Assembly: GCF_009914755.1 (NCBI RefSeq)
Contig: NC_060926.1
Length of the DNA stretch: 64,000 nt
Direction: 5' to 3' (one strand)
Source of the DNA: the human T2T-CHM13v2.0 reference genome, Homo sapiens
Shown here: piece after piece, positions 41,441 to 55,731 of the stretch
Layout: each line of letters opens with the position of its first letter
Position numbering within the stretch: position 1 is the first letter of the stretch
Translations under genes and position numbers: made by a program
The notes under the pieces: model-generated
Database searches by the model: none
What the model was told of the DNA's origin: nothing
The model's input: only the letters and a program-made list of their open reading frames with translations

Positions 41441-43399
41441 CTTCAGGTATTTCTCATGTGGCTGGAAACTGAATACTACAACTGAATTATCCTGTAGCTT
41501 TATTAAGTTTATACCAGATTCTCCCATATGATGATACTACTAGAACTTAATACCTTACTATTATGGTAGATAATTTTGTTTTTACTAGTTTGGTGTTTTT
41601 TGCTGTTATATTTTATTTCTCCTTGGTGAAACTGAGGCACAGAGCAGTAGTGACCTGCCCAGGATAGGAGGAGGTAAGAGTCAGAACTCAAACCCGGGCC
41701 CTCTAATTAGCCTGTGTCACATGATATGGTTCCTAGGCAGTGGTAACTGGGATGAATGGGGCTTCCTTAGCCTTTCATAATGGAAAAGATTTCAGATAAA
41801 GCTTGCTGTCAACAGATTACGAAACAAAATGCACCTGGTGTCATCCTGTTCTATTGTAAGTCCTTGTTCTCTATGCAAGGGGTCATTAGAACATTTTAGT
41901 GGGCTTAACCTTGGTCATCAGATTGGTTACCTGTGAGCTTTGTATTGGGATACAGCTCAACAAGCAACCATGACCCTAAGCCTCAAAGCCTTGAGCCCCA
42001 CTGTGAGCTCCTTGGGGACAGCACCCTACCCATCACCCTTGTACTTCCTCACCATCTGACCAGGGAAGGGAATAAAGTTAATGTCCTATAAGTGTCTGCT
42101 CAGTGACCGGGTGGATAGGCAGTGAACATGCCATGAATACCACCTGCCTTAGAGCCCGCTAACTAGTGGTGCGAAAGAGGCAAAAGAATTGCGTTTTGGT
42201 ACAGACCTAAAACTCTCCACACACAGTCGCCAAGAGGCTCGGCACTCCTACATGACCCATCACCTTCCAGCCCACGTCACCTTCCCTTTCTCAGTGTTCT
42301 TCTGAGCGCTACAGCTTGTATACACAGTTCAGAACTGGATTGCAGAGTGTCTTATCCTGCTTAAGCCAGCATGTGAGACGTGAGCCCAGGGTAGGGCAAA
42401 CCCCTAGGAAGTCAATGAACGCTCAGTGGGCCTGTTGTGGGTTCCAGGGCTCTCGTCTTTCCTGTAGCTCCTGCCAGGGAAGTGAAAGCAGCTGGGTGTT
42501 GCCCGCCAAGGGCTCAGCCAGCTTCCCCTGGCAGGAGTGAAGCCTATTGTTGGAGCTGCTAGGTTGGCTGCTCATGGGCCAGACCAGTGAAGGCGTTCCC
42601 AAGGTTCATGTCAGAAGCCACACACGGTAGCAGGAGCTCCCAAGACTGGCTTCTCACCTCTGTCACCCGAATCTTCACTGTGTAAATGGGTTATCTTCTA
42701 GTCCAGTCTTGTGGTTGAACAGACTGTTTGTAAAAGGAAGGAAAAGAAATGTTGGCCCGAAGCCGGTGCAGCAGAGCTGAGGGCCAGGAAAGCTGCCTCC
42801 CACCTCTCTGCCAAGGCATTTCCGCTCTGACCTGCCATGTCCAGTGCACACCATTCCTGCTACACAGCCAGAAGTCAGGGTGGGATGGTGGGCAGCCTGT
42901 CTGAGGCCAGGAGACACAGGAGAGAAAAGAGAGGGCTTAGGTCCAGGGAGGGCAGATGACAGAGCCAGGAGGAGCAAAAGCAATTCCTCCTTCAGAGACT
43001 GAAACAGGAAAACAAATCTGTTGGACAAAAAGTGTCCAGGTTCAATGACTTGGCTAAGGTGCCATGGCCAGGGAGAGCCTGAGTCTACCAAGAGACCCCG
43101 GCAGCAACCTTGGTCATGAGGATTTTAGAGCAGCCCTTGCAGAGGCAGTGAGAGCTTTTCTGCCACGCTGGGCATGGTGTGTCTGCAAAATTTCAAACTC
43201 ATTTCCTGAGATAAGAATGACATTTATTAAGGCATCCTGGAAATTAAAAATAAGTGGCAAGAGCCTCCCCACCCTGGCCCACAGGGCTGTCTGCCAAAGC
43301 TGGGTGACCCAAGGGAGCAGGACAAAAACAGAGCCCTTGGGGAAGCTGCTCTGCTTCCCTCCATCACGATGTCCTGTTCTCTGTCTTCCCTTCCTCTGG

Positions 43400-43990
43400 T
43401 CCTAGCCCACAGCACTGGCCAGGCTTGGAGGGGGTCAGAGAACATTTGACCACGATCCTGGCAGTGAGAGTGATGGCCTGGCGATGAGACTGTCAGCCTG
43501 AACCTCCAACATGGCTTTGAAGTCCCCACGATCAGTCCCCTGGTTCTCTCTCAGGCACCTCTCCATGCCTGCCACCTGGCGCCCAGGGCTCCAGGCTTAT
43601 CCAGCCTCTGCCAGCTCTCAGAATCCACCATGCTTCCTCCTGTCTGTATGCAGCTGCTTTGAGGTTTGTCCCCTCTGCTGGGAGCACCCTCACCAGCATC
43701 TTTTCCTCACCCCCACTCCCAAACTCAGTCTGCCTGCCCGATTTTCACTCATTCTTCCCTGTCTGTCCTCCTCCACCCCAGCCACCAAGCCAAGCGAAGG
43801 CAAGGCGCCCCTCTGACAGTGCCCAGAGCTCCCCTAATCAGCCCCCTCGCCACAGTGCAGAGCAACTGCCTGGTGCTCAGCTCTGTTCCCAGCTAGACAG
43901 TAAGAACCACAAGGCACAATGTCAGTTATTTCACCATTGGGCTGGCACTGAACAAATGCTCAACAAATACGTGTTAGACAAAATAAATTA
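43400..43990 (+). mobile_element. L2 3' end fragment
   Basis: Ends in ctggcactgaacaaatgctcaacaaatacgtgttaga, a degenerate L2 3' tail. Confidence 0.55.
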
Positions 43991-44004
43991 AAAATTAATT
44001 AACA

Positions 44005-44313
44005 GGCTGAGCACGGTGGCTCATGCTCGTAATCCCAGCACTTTGGGAGGCGGAAGCGGGCAGATCACCTGAGGTCAGGAGTTCGAGACCAGTCTGACCA
44101 ACGTGACGAAACCCCATCTCTACTAAAAATAAAAAAATTAGCTGGGTGCGGTGGGGCACACCTGTAATCCCAGCTACTCAGGAGGCTGAGGCAGGAGAAT
44201 CATTTGAACCCTGAACCTGGAAGGTGGAGGTTGCATTCCAGCCTGGCCAACAGAGTGAGACTCTGCCTCAAAAAAAATAAATAAATAAAAATAATAATAA
44301 TAATAATAATAAT
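44005..44313 (+). mobile_element. AluS with right-arm deletion and (AAT)n tail
   Basis: Forward Alu; ttgca|ttccagcc deletion; TSD aattaaca. Confidence 0.9.
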
Positions 44314-46047
44314 TAACAAAAGGCCCCAAAAGGCAATTTGGACAATTGCCCCAGGCTGACCTCGAAGGTTTCCTCCAACCATTAGTGGGTAGTGGGGGTG
44401 ATGCTCTGGGGCTCTTCCCCTCGCCTCTGCCTGTGGTCTTGCATCCTGGTCCGCGCAGCTGTTACATGGGGTGGAGGTCTGAGTCTGGTGGGTGTGCAGC
44501 AGGTCAGTCAAGGAAGAAAATATGGTCTAGAAAACAGCCTGGCCGCGGTCACCCCCAGGGGTAGGGCCAGGGAACAAAGGAGGTTTCCTGGAAGTGTTGT
44601 ACTTCTTCTTACCTCAGGGGCGCAATTATTCATTTCTCAGGGACCCACCAGTATAGAGAGAACAATAACTCTGCCCCCACAGTGCTTGGGGCCTGAGACG
44701 CTTACCCAGGACACAAAGGAGAACAGGGGGATGGCGGGAGGGATGAGCTGAGAATGCTGAAATATTTCCCCCCAGGGCCTGTGATCCACAAAGCTGCCTC
44801 TTTTCCCACCTGGCCTCAGGATGCACTGGGTGCTGGCCTGCCTGCCTGCTCCTCACCCCTCCTGACCTGCTAATCACCATAAAGCGTAAACCAAGAGACC
44901 AGCACCTGTTTGTCTTTGAGCCTCCATGTAAAAATACGTAGGAGCACATTTTAAAACCACATAGCAAATAATTGATTCATAAATCAAAGTTCCGTTTTAT
45001 ATTCTACCATAAATAATCATCACTGGCCAGTATTGCCTGAGCCTGGGTCCCCGGCACCAAATGAAAGTCAAACACATTATTTGTTTGTTGGCATTGGTAA
45101 CAAGCCAAAGAGCATCATCTTCTATCACAGACTATGGATGGAAGTAGAAATCATAAAACTGCAAATGTTCTTTCCTAATGCTTTTAATAAAAATAAATAT
45201 ACCTATTGTCAGAAGTTCAACCAAATGAGTTTTACGGAATAAAAGTGCCATTGAGGAGGGGGTGATCAGAGTGCCGGGTGGATAGAGAACTTGTGGCCTT
45301 TCCTTTCAGGCGGTGGGCCAAGATCAGCTCAGTCCCCTCTTTGGGACATGCCTTTTTCTCCTCCTGCATTCCTGGGTTTCCAGGCTAGCTTGGATTCCTA
45401 ATTTGGAAGTCACCAGAGAGCAAACCTCGACAGTAAGCAAAGGAGTGTCCTGCTATGAACTCCCTGAGAGACAGCCCTAGCCCTGGTTACACAGCAGGCA
45501 CCTCAGTTCACCCCTCCACCAGCCTCCCAAGGCTCCTGAATCGAGCAAAGAATGAGGCTCTGGGCCTAGCCTACTCCCTGCTCACTGAAGCTGTGCCTAT
45601 TCAGGGATCTAGCCTGGTGCTAATGTTTTCAAGCAGCCTCCCTGGACAGGGGGTCCTCTGGGAGGTGCTGGCAACCAGCAGACTTGGGATTTGATAACTG
45701 CTCTGGTCTGGGAAACATGCAGATTGTGACTCCTCCTCTGACTGGTACTGTTCTAGAAAATGATGAAGTTTCTTGATCATCTATCTCCTGAGCCTCTCGG
45801 TGACACTGACAGGCTTTATACCACATAGACATCCTCCATTAGTGCTATCCTCTGCCAGTTTTTTCCACCTTCACCCACACTCTCACAGCAGTGGCAGTTT
45901 CTGAAATCTCACACTGGGGCAGTCCAGGAAGGTGGGGACTTCATTTTCTTTGCAACTGTCGTGATACCAATACACTGCTGGGCTCAAGGTAGACAAGTGA
46001 AACAGGAGACTTCCCTGACCACCGCCCCTCCCACACCCCAAAAGACC

Positions 46048-46655
46048 TGTGACAGGGGTGTGGCTCATATGTTTGGCCACTATCCATGCTCAAACTTCTT
46101 ATGGGAGGGGGAGCATGCAGACAGGCATGTGCAGGAGCCAGGGTGAGTGCCCGTGGGCTCCAGCCCCATGGCAGTGTTCAGGGGTGGGAGCTTGAGACTC
46201 CCAAAGCCCAAATGGTCATGTGTTACAGTGCACTCCTTTAGCCTTGCTGTCCACAGACGACTTAAGTGTTAAACAGCTCAGTGCCCTCTTGATACCCAGG
46301 TCCTTGTCCAGCATCCAGGAAGAATGAGGTTGCACATGAACCTGAGGAAGGTGAATGTGGGACTTCAGTGGTGGAGGTGGCTCTCAGCAGGATGGATGGG
46401 GAGCTAGAAAGGGGATGAAGTGGGAAGATGATCTTCCCATGGGGTTTGCCCATCCAGCAACTGATCTCCTCTCTGACCACCTCCAGCAGAACTACTCTTG
46501 GTGTTTAGACACTCCTTCTCTTCTCTCTGCTGTGCCATTCTGCTGCTCTTCTGTTCTTCTGTTCATCCTCTTGTGGAGCCAGGGGTTTAGGGTTTATATG
46601 GGTACAGGATAGGGGGGTGCGGTGGGCCAAAAGGCAACTTTTAGATGCAAAAACA
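46048..46655 (-). mobile_element. MER52-type ERV1 LTR fragment
   Basis: tgtgacagggg...tgttacagtgcactcctttagcc...ggctctcagcaggatggatggggagctagaaagggga...ttatatgggtacaggatagggg. Confidence 0.75.
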
Positions 46656-48379
46656 CCCAAAACCATGTAGTTCAGTGTCCGCAGAGGGTCGGCAGACATT
46701 GTCCACAGCTCCTATGTGGGATTCTGAGGCAGCCACCTGTTCTAACCTCATTGGTCAGATGTCTCCACCAGATGTGGCAGGTGGATAGTGAGTTTATGAG
46801 TCACAGTGACATTATCCAAAATTTACATTTGAATTGATTGCCTAAATATTATTTTATCATTAAAGGAAATTTTAAATTAGAATATAAATCATCCCTAATC
46901 CACAAACACAACAACTGATTTTAGTCTTGCCTATTCCTTCTAATTGGCATTCTTTAAAGTGTTTTATTTAGGGATTAGATACCAAATTCCAAGGGCAGAA
47001 AATTTCCATCCAAATCAGCAAAGATTCTTACAAGTCATCTGTGCTTGCATGTAATAATTTTCTGCCCCCTCCAGCCTGGGAGCTCCTGGAGGGAACACAA
47101 TTTTTACTTCAGTAACTCAGCATTTAGCACTGGGCTAGAAACTGGCAGGTGCTCATTAAACATTTGTTAAATGAACAAACTCCCCAAACCAGGACCTTGC
47201 TGGAAGTGTACATTTACATCAAGGGTAGGGATTGATTAAAATTAACTTAGTTAATTTTAACATAGAATAAATCAAAATTCTCATGAAAGTAGAAAGCATG
47301 GCAAGAGTAGAGCATCTGAATGTCATCCATTGACCCCAAATTCAATGCTGGAATGGAATATTGTACATTGAGTCCTGTGGGAGGAAGGACAGAAATGAGA
47401 GAATGAAGTTGATGACCTGAACACTCAGAAGCAGTACAGGGATAGGGGAAAATAGTGGGTTGAGGCAGGATGTTGAGAACTAGGTCAGTGAATTAAGAGG
47501 GTCTTCCAGGGGGTTTCACAGAAGTGGGGCCAGCATCTACTGTGGGGAATAAGTGTGGTGGCTTCAAGGAAACTTGCCATTTCCTCAAAAGCAAAATTTC
47601 TTTTTGCTTTTGAGGACAGTCATAGTTACTAGTGGGGAAATTATTCTCCAGGCAAAAGTAGCAGTGACCATGTGACCATAGCATCCTTATCTTATATAGC
47701 TCATAGAAGAAAACCTTTTATCAAAGGCAATAGAATTTCCATTTCTTGCATGGATTGGATCAAACTAAGGTTGTCTTCCATTATCATTTATATTGTATAT
47801 TTCCCAATATATCCTTATATTTATATACCCAGTATGATCTATTTAACTCAGAATCTAAATGCCTTGAATGATCTATTGAACCTCAAAGGAAAATTCTAGA
47901 AAGGACTCTATTTACTGCCAAATTAAACTCAAAATAAGCCATTTCTCTAGTGACAGGATGTCTTATTTTCTGGTGGGCATGACCCTCCTCCATAACGGGG
48001 GCAACCTGGACTGCACTGGAGTGATTCCTGGATAAGACAGTTGGGCTTTGAGCTGTCACATGACCTCAGTTGGCCATAGGAGAGGTACAGTCTGTCCCCC
48101 ATTGGGGCAAACTAAGTTAATGCTTAATTACCACTTCCAGGCTTTTCTAATCATTCTTGATCAAGCCTGGATTTGGGGGTTCTGGGATTCTGTAAGCCTT
48201 GGTTTAAAAAAATTAATTACATGTTATGTTATAAAAGACTTTTTTAAAGGGTCAAGCGAATCTATTTGTGAAAACACAGAATAAGAGTGACTCCCATGTG
48301 ATGAATAAAGTGGATATGAGTTGCCAGATTATAAGTGAGTTAGGTAATGACATTGGAGAAGTCATAAGTATCTGAGAAT

Positions 48380-49091
48380 AAGTAATAAAGTGCATATTTT
48401 GGAAGCACTTCCAACAAATCAACCTTGCTTGAATCTCATCCATCTGTTAGAACTCTCCTATCCAACCAGCCTCATCCTGTGGAATAGTCCCTCCCTAATA
48501 TCTCTCACATCCTTTATTTCCCTGGTCTCCTGCCACTATTCTAGTCCAGGTCCTCATCACAATTTGTCTGGATTATTGCAATGACCTCCTCGTCAGTCTT
48601 CCTGTCTCTAGTTTCCCTTTGCTTTCAATCCATTCTCCATGATGCCACTGGACTCAGGGCTTTGTCTTTGTCTTAACATGCCACTTGACATGCTCTAGCT
48701 CTGTGCAGAGCTCTGCTTCCCACTGCCTTCTGGGACAAGTGCAAATCCTTAGTCCAGCAGTCTAGGTCCTCGGGTTCCAGCCCACCTGCCCAACCTCCTC
48801 TCCCTCCATTGCTTAAAGTGCCAGCCAGGTAGAGGTGCTCATTGTCTATTCCCAGCAAACCTGCCCTCTCTGTCCATTGGTCCTCATGGCCACCCTCCAC
48901 CTGGCTTGTCCCTACAAATCTTCCCATTTCTCTCTGTCTATTCAAACCCAAGCTCTATTATGGTTCTATCCCCTAACGCGTCTCCAACTGGAGAGCCAGC
49001 CCATCCTGGTCTAATAGAGTGGCTTTCTTATATTGCTTATTCTATTTCAACAGAAACTTCCTGGAGCTGAAAAGTAACTGGACTCAAATAG

Positions 49092-49143
<52 letters not shown>

Positions 49144-51266
49144 GAATAGAGGAATTTCAGGTACCAAACCTATGGTAGAGGAGCTACTTAGAGGCCAGAG
49201 GGCCACATAGATGACGGCATACTCAAACCTGGCTCTGTGTTCACACCGCTTTCATCTCTGGAAGGTGGCAAAGAAGCTTGTGCTGGCTCTTCCAGTTAAC
49301 CCAAGGCCATCATGCCCCATCTTTTCTCCAATCAGAAGACATTTGTATCCACACGTGCACATTCCTTTATTTTGCTGCTTTGGATAACTTTTAAACTATA
49401 TATTGTTCCCCACTTGTTTGGAGGCAAAGGTATAAAAAGGAGATGGGAGCAGATCAAGAGAGATATATTTGTTTTTAATTCTTTTCCGGTATATCAGTTA
49501 AAGTCCTCTGAGGAAGACAGAAACCACTCTAGATATTTCAACCAGGGAATCACTTCACAGATTATAGAGAGATTAGCATCTTTAGTAACCCAGGACCACT
49601 GCTGAGACTGGAGGAACATGGGGAGGAAGTAGCGTGACCAGAGACTGGTCGTCAGGGCCATGGGGCAGTGGCTGCTTAGTGGGAGCTGGGATCATGGAGG
49701 AAAGGGTTTCCCTGCAGGATCCACAGCCAAGAAGGAAACACAGCCACTGTAAGTGAGGCCACAGGAAGGGGGAAGAAGGCAAGAAATGACCACGATTCGC
49801 CCCCTCTGCACCCCCAGTGCTCCCTCAGGGCCCCCCATTGGTGTACACTGCCTGAAGGCTGGAAGGAGAGGGGCCCTGGAAAGAACAGGAATGAATCTGG
49901 GGGCACTGGCAGGCAGGCAGGCAGCACATCCTCCTCCTACACAGCTGCCACCACGCCCACACCTCCCTCCTCCTCATCCTGGCAGGCCCCTGGCCCTCCC
50001 AGATGACCATCAGACATCTCTAACATTCCCTCCTGACCTTGACCTCCACTGCATCAGCACTGTCCTTGCTGCCCCAACCCTCTCTGGCCTCTCTCTTGAG
50101 CTGCCAAACACTGAGGAGAACAGTCGCAGGGCTGTGCTGACTGAAGCCACTGACACGGGCTATCGAGCCTGCAGATGACCCTCACGGCTGCTGGACAATC
50201 CTTTGGACAAGATTCATAAATTTTCAGGCATCTCTCAGATTGGCTCCCCAAGTCTTTCCCATTCTCCTCAAGTCCCCACCCAAGCCTCATTCCCTCAGGT
50301 TGTCCTCTCACTCTCCTGAGACACCGAGCCATAGACATGACCTTTCTCCATGTCTCTCCTTTTGAAGCTTCAGTCATTCATTTTTTCCTCCTGTCTCTGA
50401 GGATGACACCCTCATCTTTCTTGTCCTGGGCCCCCTCTGTAACTTTGCTCCAATCATCCTCCCTTCTGATTTTTTGTTTTAAAGCTTCCCTCTCCCTTGG
50501 CTTTGTTCTCTCTACCTAGAAGTGAGCACAGGTGCTCCGTTGCTCACAAGGCAACAAGAAAAAGTCCTTTTACCTCTTTGACCCCCTCTCTTTACCTTCA
50601 AATGTATTCAAAGAGCAAGAGTAACCCACCATCTGTTTTTCATGGCTTCACGATTGTCCATTCCAATGGCTTTGATCCACCTTTCTTATCTGTGACTGTC
50701 CCAGTATTGGACTCCATTAACAACCTCCCCAACCCCACCCTCTTTCTGGAAATGTCTCCCTCAATTTCTGTGAGGTTGTGCTCCGTTGCTCTCTGCCCCG
50801 CATTCTCTCCAAAAGCTCCTCCATCACTTCTTCCCGGCTCCTCTCTCTCCTCCTGTGCAAACACATAGGGGTCTCCCTACTCTCTGCCCTCAGCCCTCAC
50901 CATGTAATCCCTGCACTTGGCCTTTCTGTCGTCTCTCCTCTCCTGCCCCATCTCTGTGTAGCATTCTCTGGATCTGTCCCCTGCTCCAAGCCTTGGGGAC
51001 AACAAGCTGGTCCCAAATATTCAACCAGCTGGCAATCTGATGCCTTCTGCTGCCACAAATCTCTGTACCCCAAACGACACTTATTCCTTCCCATAATCCC
51101 TCAGCCAGATCCTACCACTGACTTCACACTTTTCCTCGTGTTCTGCCTCAACATTTTATGTGGCCTTTGACTCTTCCGTGCCCACCTCCAGTCAGTCACC
51201 GAGCCAAGAAAATCCAAGAAGACAGACCCCCTCCTGTTTCCACTGGCCTCACCATTGAACAAACAC
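48380..51266 (+). mobile_element. L2 fragments (48380-48980 and ~49990-51266), with an old MLT1-like piece near 49490-49800 between them
   Basis: ggattattgcaatgacctcct, tcaatccattctcca and long pyrimidine-rich L2-like tracts. Confidence 0.55.
49095..49140. repeat. (AT)n microsatellite
   Basis: Perfect AT run of about 23 units. Confidence 0.95.
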
Positions 51267-51545
51267 TTATTATGTTCAAATATAATATATTTTCTATATA
51301 ATGTATAATACGTTTATTATATTTAAATATAATATATTTTATATAATGTATAATTTATTAAATTTTATATATTCATATATTTTCTATCTTTTATTTATAA
51401 ATATTATATGACATATTTCTATATTTAAATATTAATTTATTACACATTTATGTATAACTTTGTGTCATATAATATATTTAATATATAAATTATATTTTTA
51501 ACACATATAAATATACCATGAAACATTTCATACATGAACATAAAT
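51267..51545. repeat. AT-rich low-complexity tract with a ~45-bp imperfect tandem duplication
   Basis: ttattatgttcaaatataatatattttctatataatgtataat repeated at 51267-51309 and 51314-51354. Confidence 0.8.
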
Positions 51546-52219
51546 GATGTTACACTGTCATGGTTCCCAGTCTCTGTGCTGAGGCACCCAGGACACCACA
51601 GTGAAATCACAGAGGCTTCACAGCGTATATCAGTTTTCAAGGGACAATACACAATCTACGACTTTTAAGATTTGGGGACCTAACAACCTACACAGGTATT
51701 TAGTTTTGTCTTGGGACACTGAAAAATTTGTTGAGACACTAAGGGCTTTATGATCTGAGAGAGTTTGTGAAACTCAGGTATCTAGGTTTCAAAAAATACA
51801 ATGGCCACCCGTGTTCCTACAAGGCAGCTCAGGAATAGAGCACTTAAATACCTGGAAGCCCTCTGATGTTCCATCCCTAATTACATCATCTGCACCTGCC
51901 CACCCTTCCAGAACTGATTACTGGTCTGAATTTTTGCATTTACAATTCCCTTGCTTTTCTTTATAGTTTTTATTGCAGTTGTCTGTGTTCTTAAAACATA
52001 TAGGCAGATATGCATATTGTTTAGATTTGCATGTCAACCTTCATCACATTTTTCACTGAATGTTACCTATCTCCTGGCTAATTTTCCTACCTCTTAGTTG
52101 ATCTTCTTGCCATTGCATGTACTTTTTTAGTATGCGATCAGGTCTCTTCACTGCTCAACAGTCTTCAGGGACTCCCCGTCCACTACTGAATCAATTCCCT
52201 TGGCATTCTCTGCTTCACC

Positions 52220-52400
52220 AAGTCCCTTAATTTCTCTGAATCCCAGCTTCCTTATCTGTAAAATAGGAGTGACGATACCCATCTTACAGTATTGTTTTTA
52301 AGGATCAAGCGAGACAATCCTGTAACATGCTTACAATGGGGTCTGACACATAGTAGGAAGCACAGTATGTTGGAGCTCTTATTATTATTATTATTTTTAT
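52220..52400 (+). mobile_element. MIR
   Basis: caagtcccttaatttctctg...cagcttccttatctgtaaaatagg...ctgacacatagtagg. Confidence 0.75.
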
Positions 52401-54569
52401 TACTCCTCCGTGAGCCGTTATTTTTTTTCATGATTATTACTCCTCCATGAACTTTTCCCTTAGACATAGCACAGTGCCCTGAACACAGTGAATGTTCAGG
52501 AAACATTTGTTGAATGTGAAATAAACTGATCTCCATCAACTCACGTGCAAGTTGGTAATGCCCAGAAAAGGAGCTCTTATTAATGGGTCTTTGAAGAACC
52601 CCCAGAGGGAGGTCAATATTGCCTATTTTGGAAGGAGAGGGGAGGACATTGATACTTTCTCTTGCTAAGGAGAGTAAATCAGATGTAATGGGGTCTTTAA
52701 AACATTTTTATAGCAGTGTGTGGGCATGGGCTTGGTCTGAGCTGCTCCCAGCTGGCTTTTGTCAAGCGTTGGCTGCCTCAAAGCAGAGCAGCCTGCTCGG
52801 GAGGACCGCAGGATTCGCTGGGGCCCCAGCTGGAGGGAGGGAACCCATTCCTCTGATGTGCACAGTTGTCTCAAGCCTGGAACCCATTCCTTGCTCAGAT
52901 GCCAAAAAACTATTTTGGATCCTGTAGAGCTGGCAGGAGTCCCTAGTATGCCATGTCTCCGTGTGTGAAGTGCTTGTCACTTGCTTCTTCCCTTGGGGCT
53001 ATTTCAAAGAAGATGGAAGAAATTAATGGCTGTAAATGACTAAGGCCCTCGAGTTATGGTTTTATTGATGCATAATTTTGACAGGTTGTCTCCTTATTGA
53101 GAAACGGCATGTTTCTGATCTTTTGAGAAAGATTATTCTCGCTAATCTGAGAAGGGGTGCCATGCATGATGCTGGAAAAGGACAACATGTAATCAGTCTT
53201 AGCAAAAACAGATCCCCACAGGCCTGTGGTCCCTGCAGAACCACTTCATCTTTAATTTGCTGTGTTTTCTCAGTAGGTTCTCATTCCTGCCTCTCCATTA
53301 CCACTGCCTGATCTTCAAACTTGCAAAGGAAAGTCACCATTTGTTCTCTAGGAGTGTCATGTTTTAAAACTATGCACATACTAAAAAGCAGAAAAACTTG
53401 CATACATGTGCAATTATGTCAACTTAAGTGCACATTTATGTGAATATATTCTGTACATAAGGTAAAAAAAAAATAGGATAGTGTTCTATGATAAGAAATG
53501 CATATTGACTACCCAAACAATGATTAAAGTTTATCTATCTTCTGCCTTGGGTAGCACAGAGTGACTTATCAAATGTCAATGGTTACACTAACATTTACTT
53601 TAGCAGAGAGATAATTACAAGAGCTGAAAAGCCTATTGAAACCATCAGAGTGTCCACACATCAGCTGGTTTCCATCCAAACCAGTTTATAATCTAAAGCA
53701 GGAATGTCTTTCCTTTAGATGCGACTAAGGTCACAACCTTTTGTTTTTTGTTCTTAACAAGGTTCCGTGGCCATAGTGACCCCAGCCAAGTTTCACATTG
53801 CCTCCGGACTTCTGGATGTGGCTCTGCTGCTAATGCTGGCGGGGTGAGTGGAAGAGCTGACCACTGGCTCTAGTTGCAATTTCCACTATGAAAAATGTTT
53901 CTAGGGAGGTAGACGTGAGAGGTCAAATGGATTATGAATGACATTTGTATAGCCAAGTTCATAAGATCCTGAAGGAGCAATAGGAAGGCTCTCTTTACTT
54001 TTGTGTATTTGCTTTGAAAGTCAAGGTAACTCATAGAATAACCCTTTTTTGGAAATCTTAGTTACAAAGTTGTGATTTGATATTAAAAATTTAGATACAT
54101 TAGATGATTTGCAACTTTGTTGTTGACCTTTGTGAAAAGAAAAGCAAATATCACTCAGGTGTGCTTCACTAGGTACTAAAAGGTAAACAGCTGTGTGCAG
54201 TTTCAGTGATTTTTCCCCGGTGACACCCATTCTGAATGAGGTGCTTTGTCTTAATTTTAGATAGAACTGAAACTCTTTATTAAATAACTAATTGCTTATA
54301 GCAACTGGTCAACTTCCTCTTTAAAGAAAATATTCTTGGAAAATGATCTTTTTGTGTCTAGAAATCCTTTGTAAAACAATTACTCTTATTCACCCACCAC
54401 GTAATCTTCAACTTTCTTAAAGTAATTTTATTTAAAGCCTACTTAGAACACTTACATAGATTTGCTTTCCAATCATGTGAAGCTTCAGGTTTGAACTTTG
54501 GAACTTTCAACCAAGCCTCACTTGCCAGAAGGAGTAGGTGGAAGTTCCACCCTTCCCTTTTCCCCATTA

Positions 54570-55500
54570 GTTCATTCATTTGTTCGTCTGACATTTATTT
54601 AGGTTCTCCTGGCTTGTAAACACCATGCCAGACCTTGCAGATTTCAAAATGAAAAAGAACCTCAATGAAGGGGATGACTTTGTAAGCAAGTCATTGCAAT
54701 AGAGTCAGATAATTGCCACCAGAGAGGCACCCAGAGGAAGCACTGACCCCCCTTGATTGAAGGAGTCAGAAAAGTCTCCATGAAAAGTTGGTATTTGAGC
54801 TCAAACTTGTAAGAGTTTGCCAAGCCAAAGAGAAGGAGGAAAGGGCTTTGAGGTTAAAGAAATATTGGCATAAAAATGCAGGGATGATATGAGACGTATT
54901 TGGTGATGCAAGATGGGGAGCGGTAATTCATGAAACACACACATGCACACTCACGCACATATAATTAAATGCCTACTATATACCAAGCACTGGACAAACA
55001 AGTGTGTTTTTCATTCATTATCTTGTTTCATTTTCATGAAGATACCATGAGGTAGGATATTTTTTTAAATCATCACTTTACAAATGAAAAAATGTATCAT
55101 TATCACTGCTTTACAGATGGTGCTCCCTGTGATTCAGGGATTTACCCATGGCCCTAGAGCTCATCAGATGTCACTAGCATCAAATCCTTTGCAGGTTCAT
55201 GCAAGGTGGTTAGGGTCCTTCCATGCCATGTAGAGACTTTGATCTTCATCCTGTTGGCAATGGGACACCATCAACATGTTTCCAATAAGGCAATGAAGCA
55301 CTCTGGCTAAGTTTTGAAATATAATGATATAGCAGGAATGTGAAGGAAGGGCTAGAACAAGAAGACATAAGAGACAGGAAAAATAATTAAGAGGGCATGA
55401 AAATAGTCTAGGCAAGAGATAGCAAGGACCTGAAACAAGGAAGGGGTGATAGAGCAACGAAGATGGATTTGAGAGATAATTCAGAAATAAAAGGGAAAGG
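54570..55500 (-). mobile_element. L2 fragment with a nested MIR (~54960-55190)
   Basis: Starts with the reverse L2 tail ttcattcatttg; reverse MIR core (ccatgaggtagg...tttacagatg) inside. Confidence 0.6.
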
Positions 55501-55731
55501 ATAGAGGAGCCCTGGGGCAGGAATTACCCGAGCTCTCTGTTACAAGTCACAGAACCTATGTATTCAAGTCAGTTTTAGAAGAAAATGAACTTGTTAAGTG
55601 ATCTGAGGGAATTTATAGAGTCTTTGGGAGAGCCAGAGAATCAGTTTTGGAAGTGTCAGGGTTAAAAGAAGGGCCGGAATTACATGGAGACCCTGCTGCT
55701 CCCTTCACTAGCCTTTGGAACTGGTGCCCAG

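Noticed and set aside
51560-51790. Possible hAT-Charlie DNA transposon relic
   Set aside because: Resembles a MER element, but I could not assign a family or ends with confidence.
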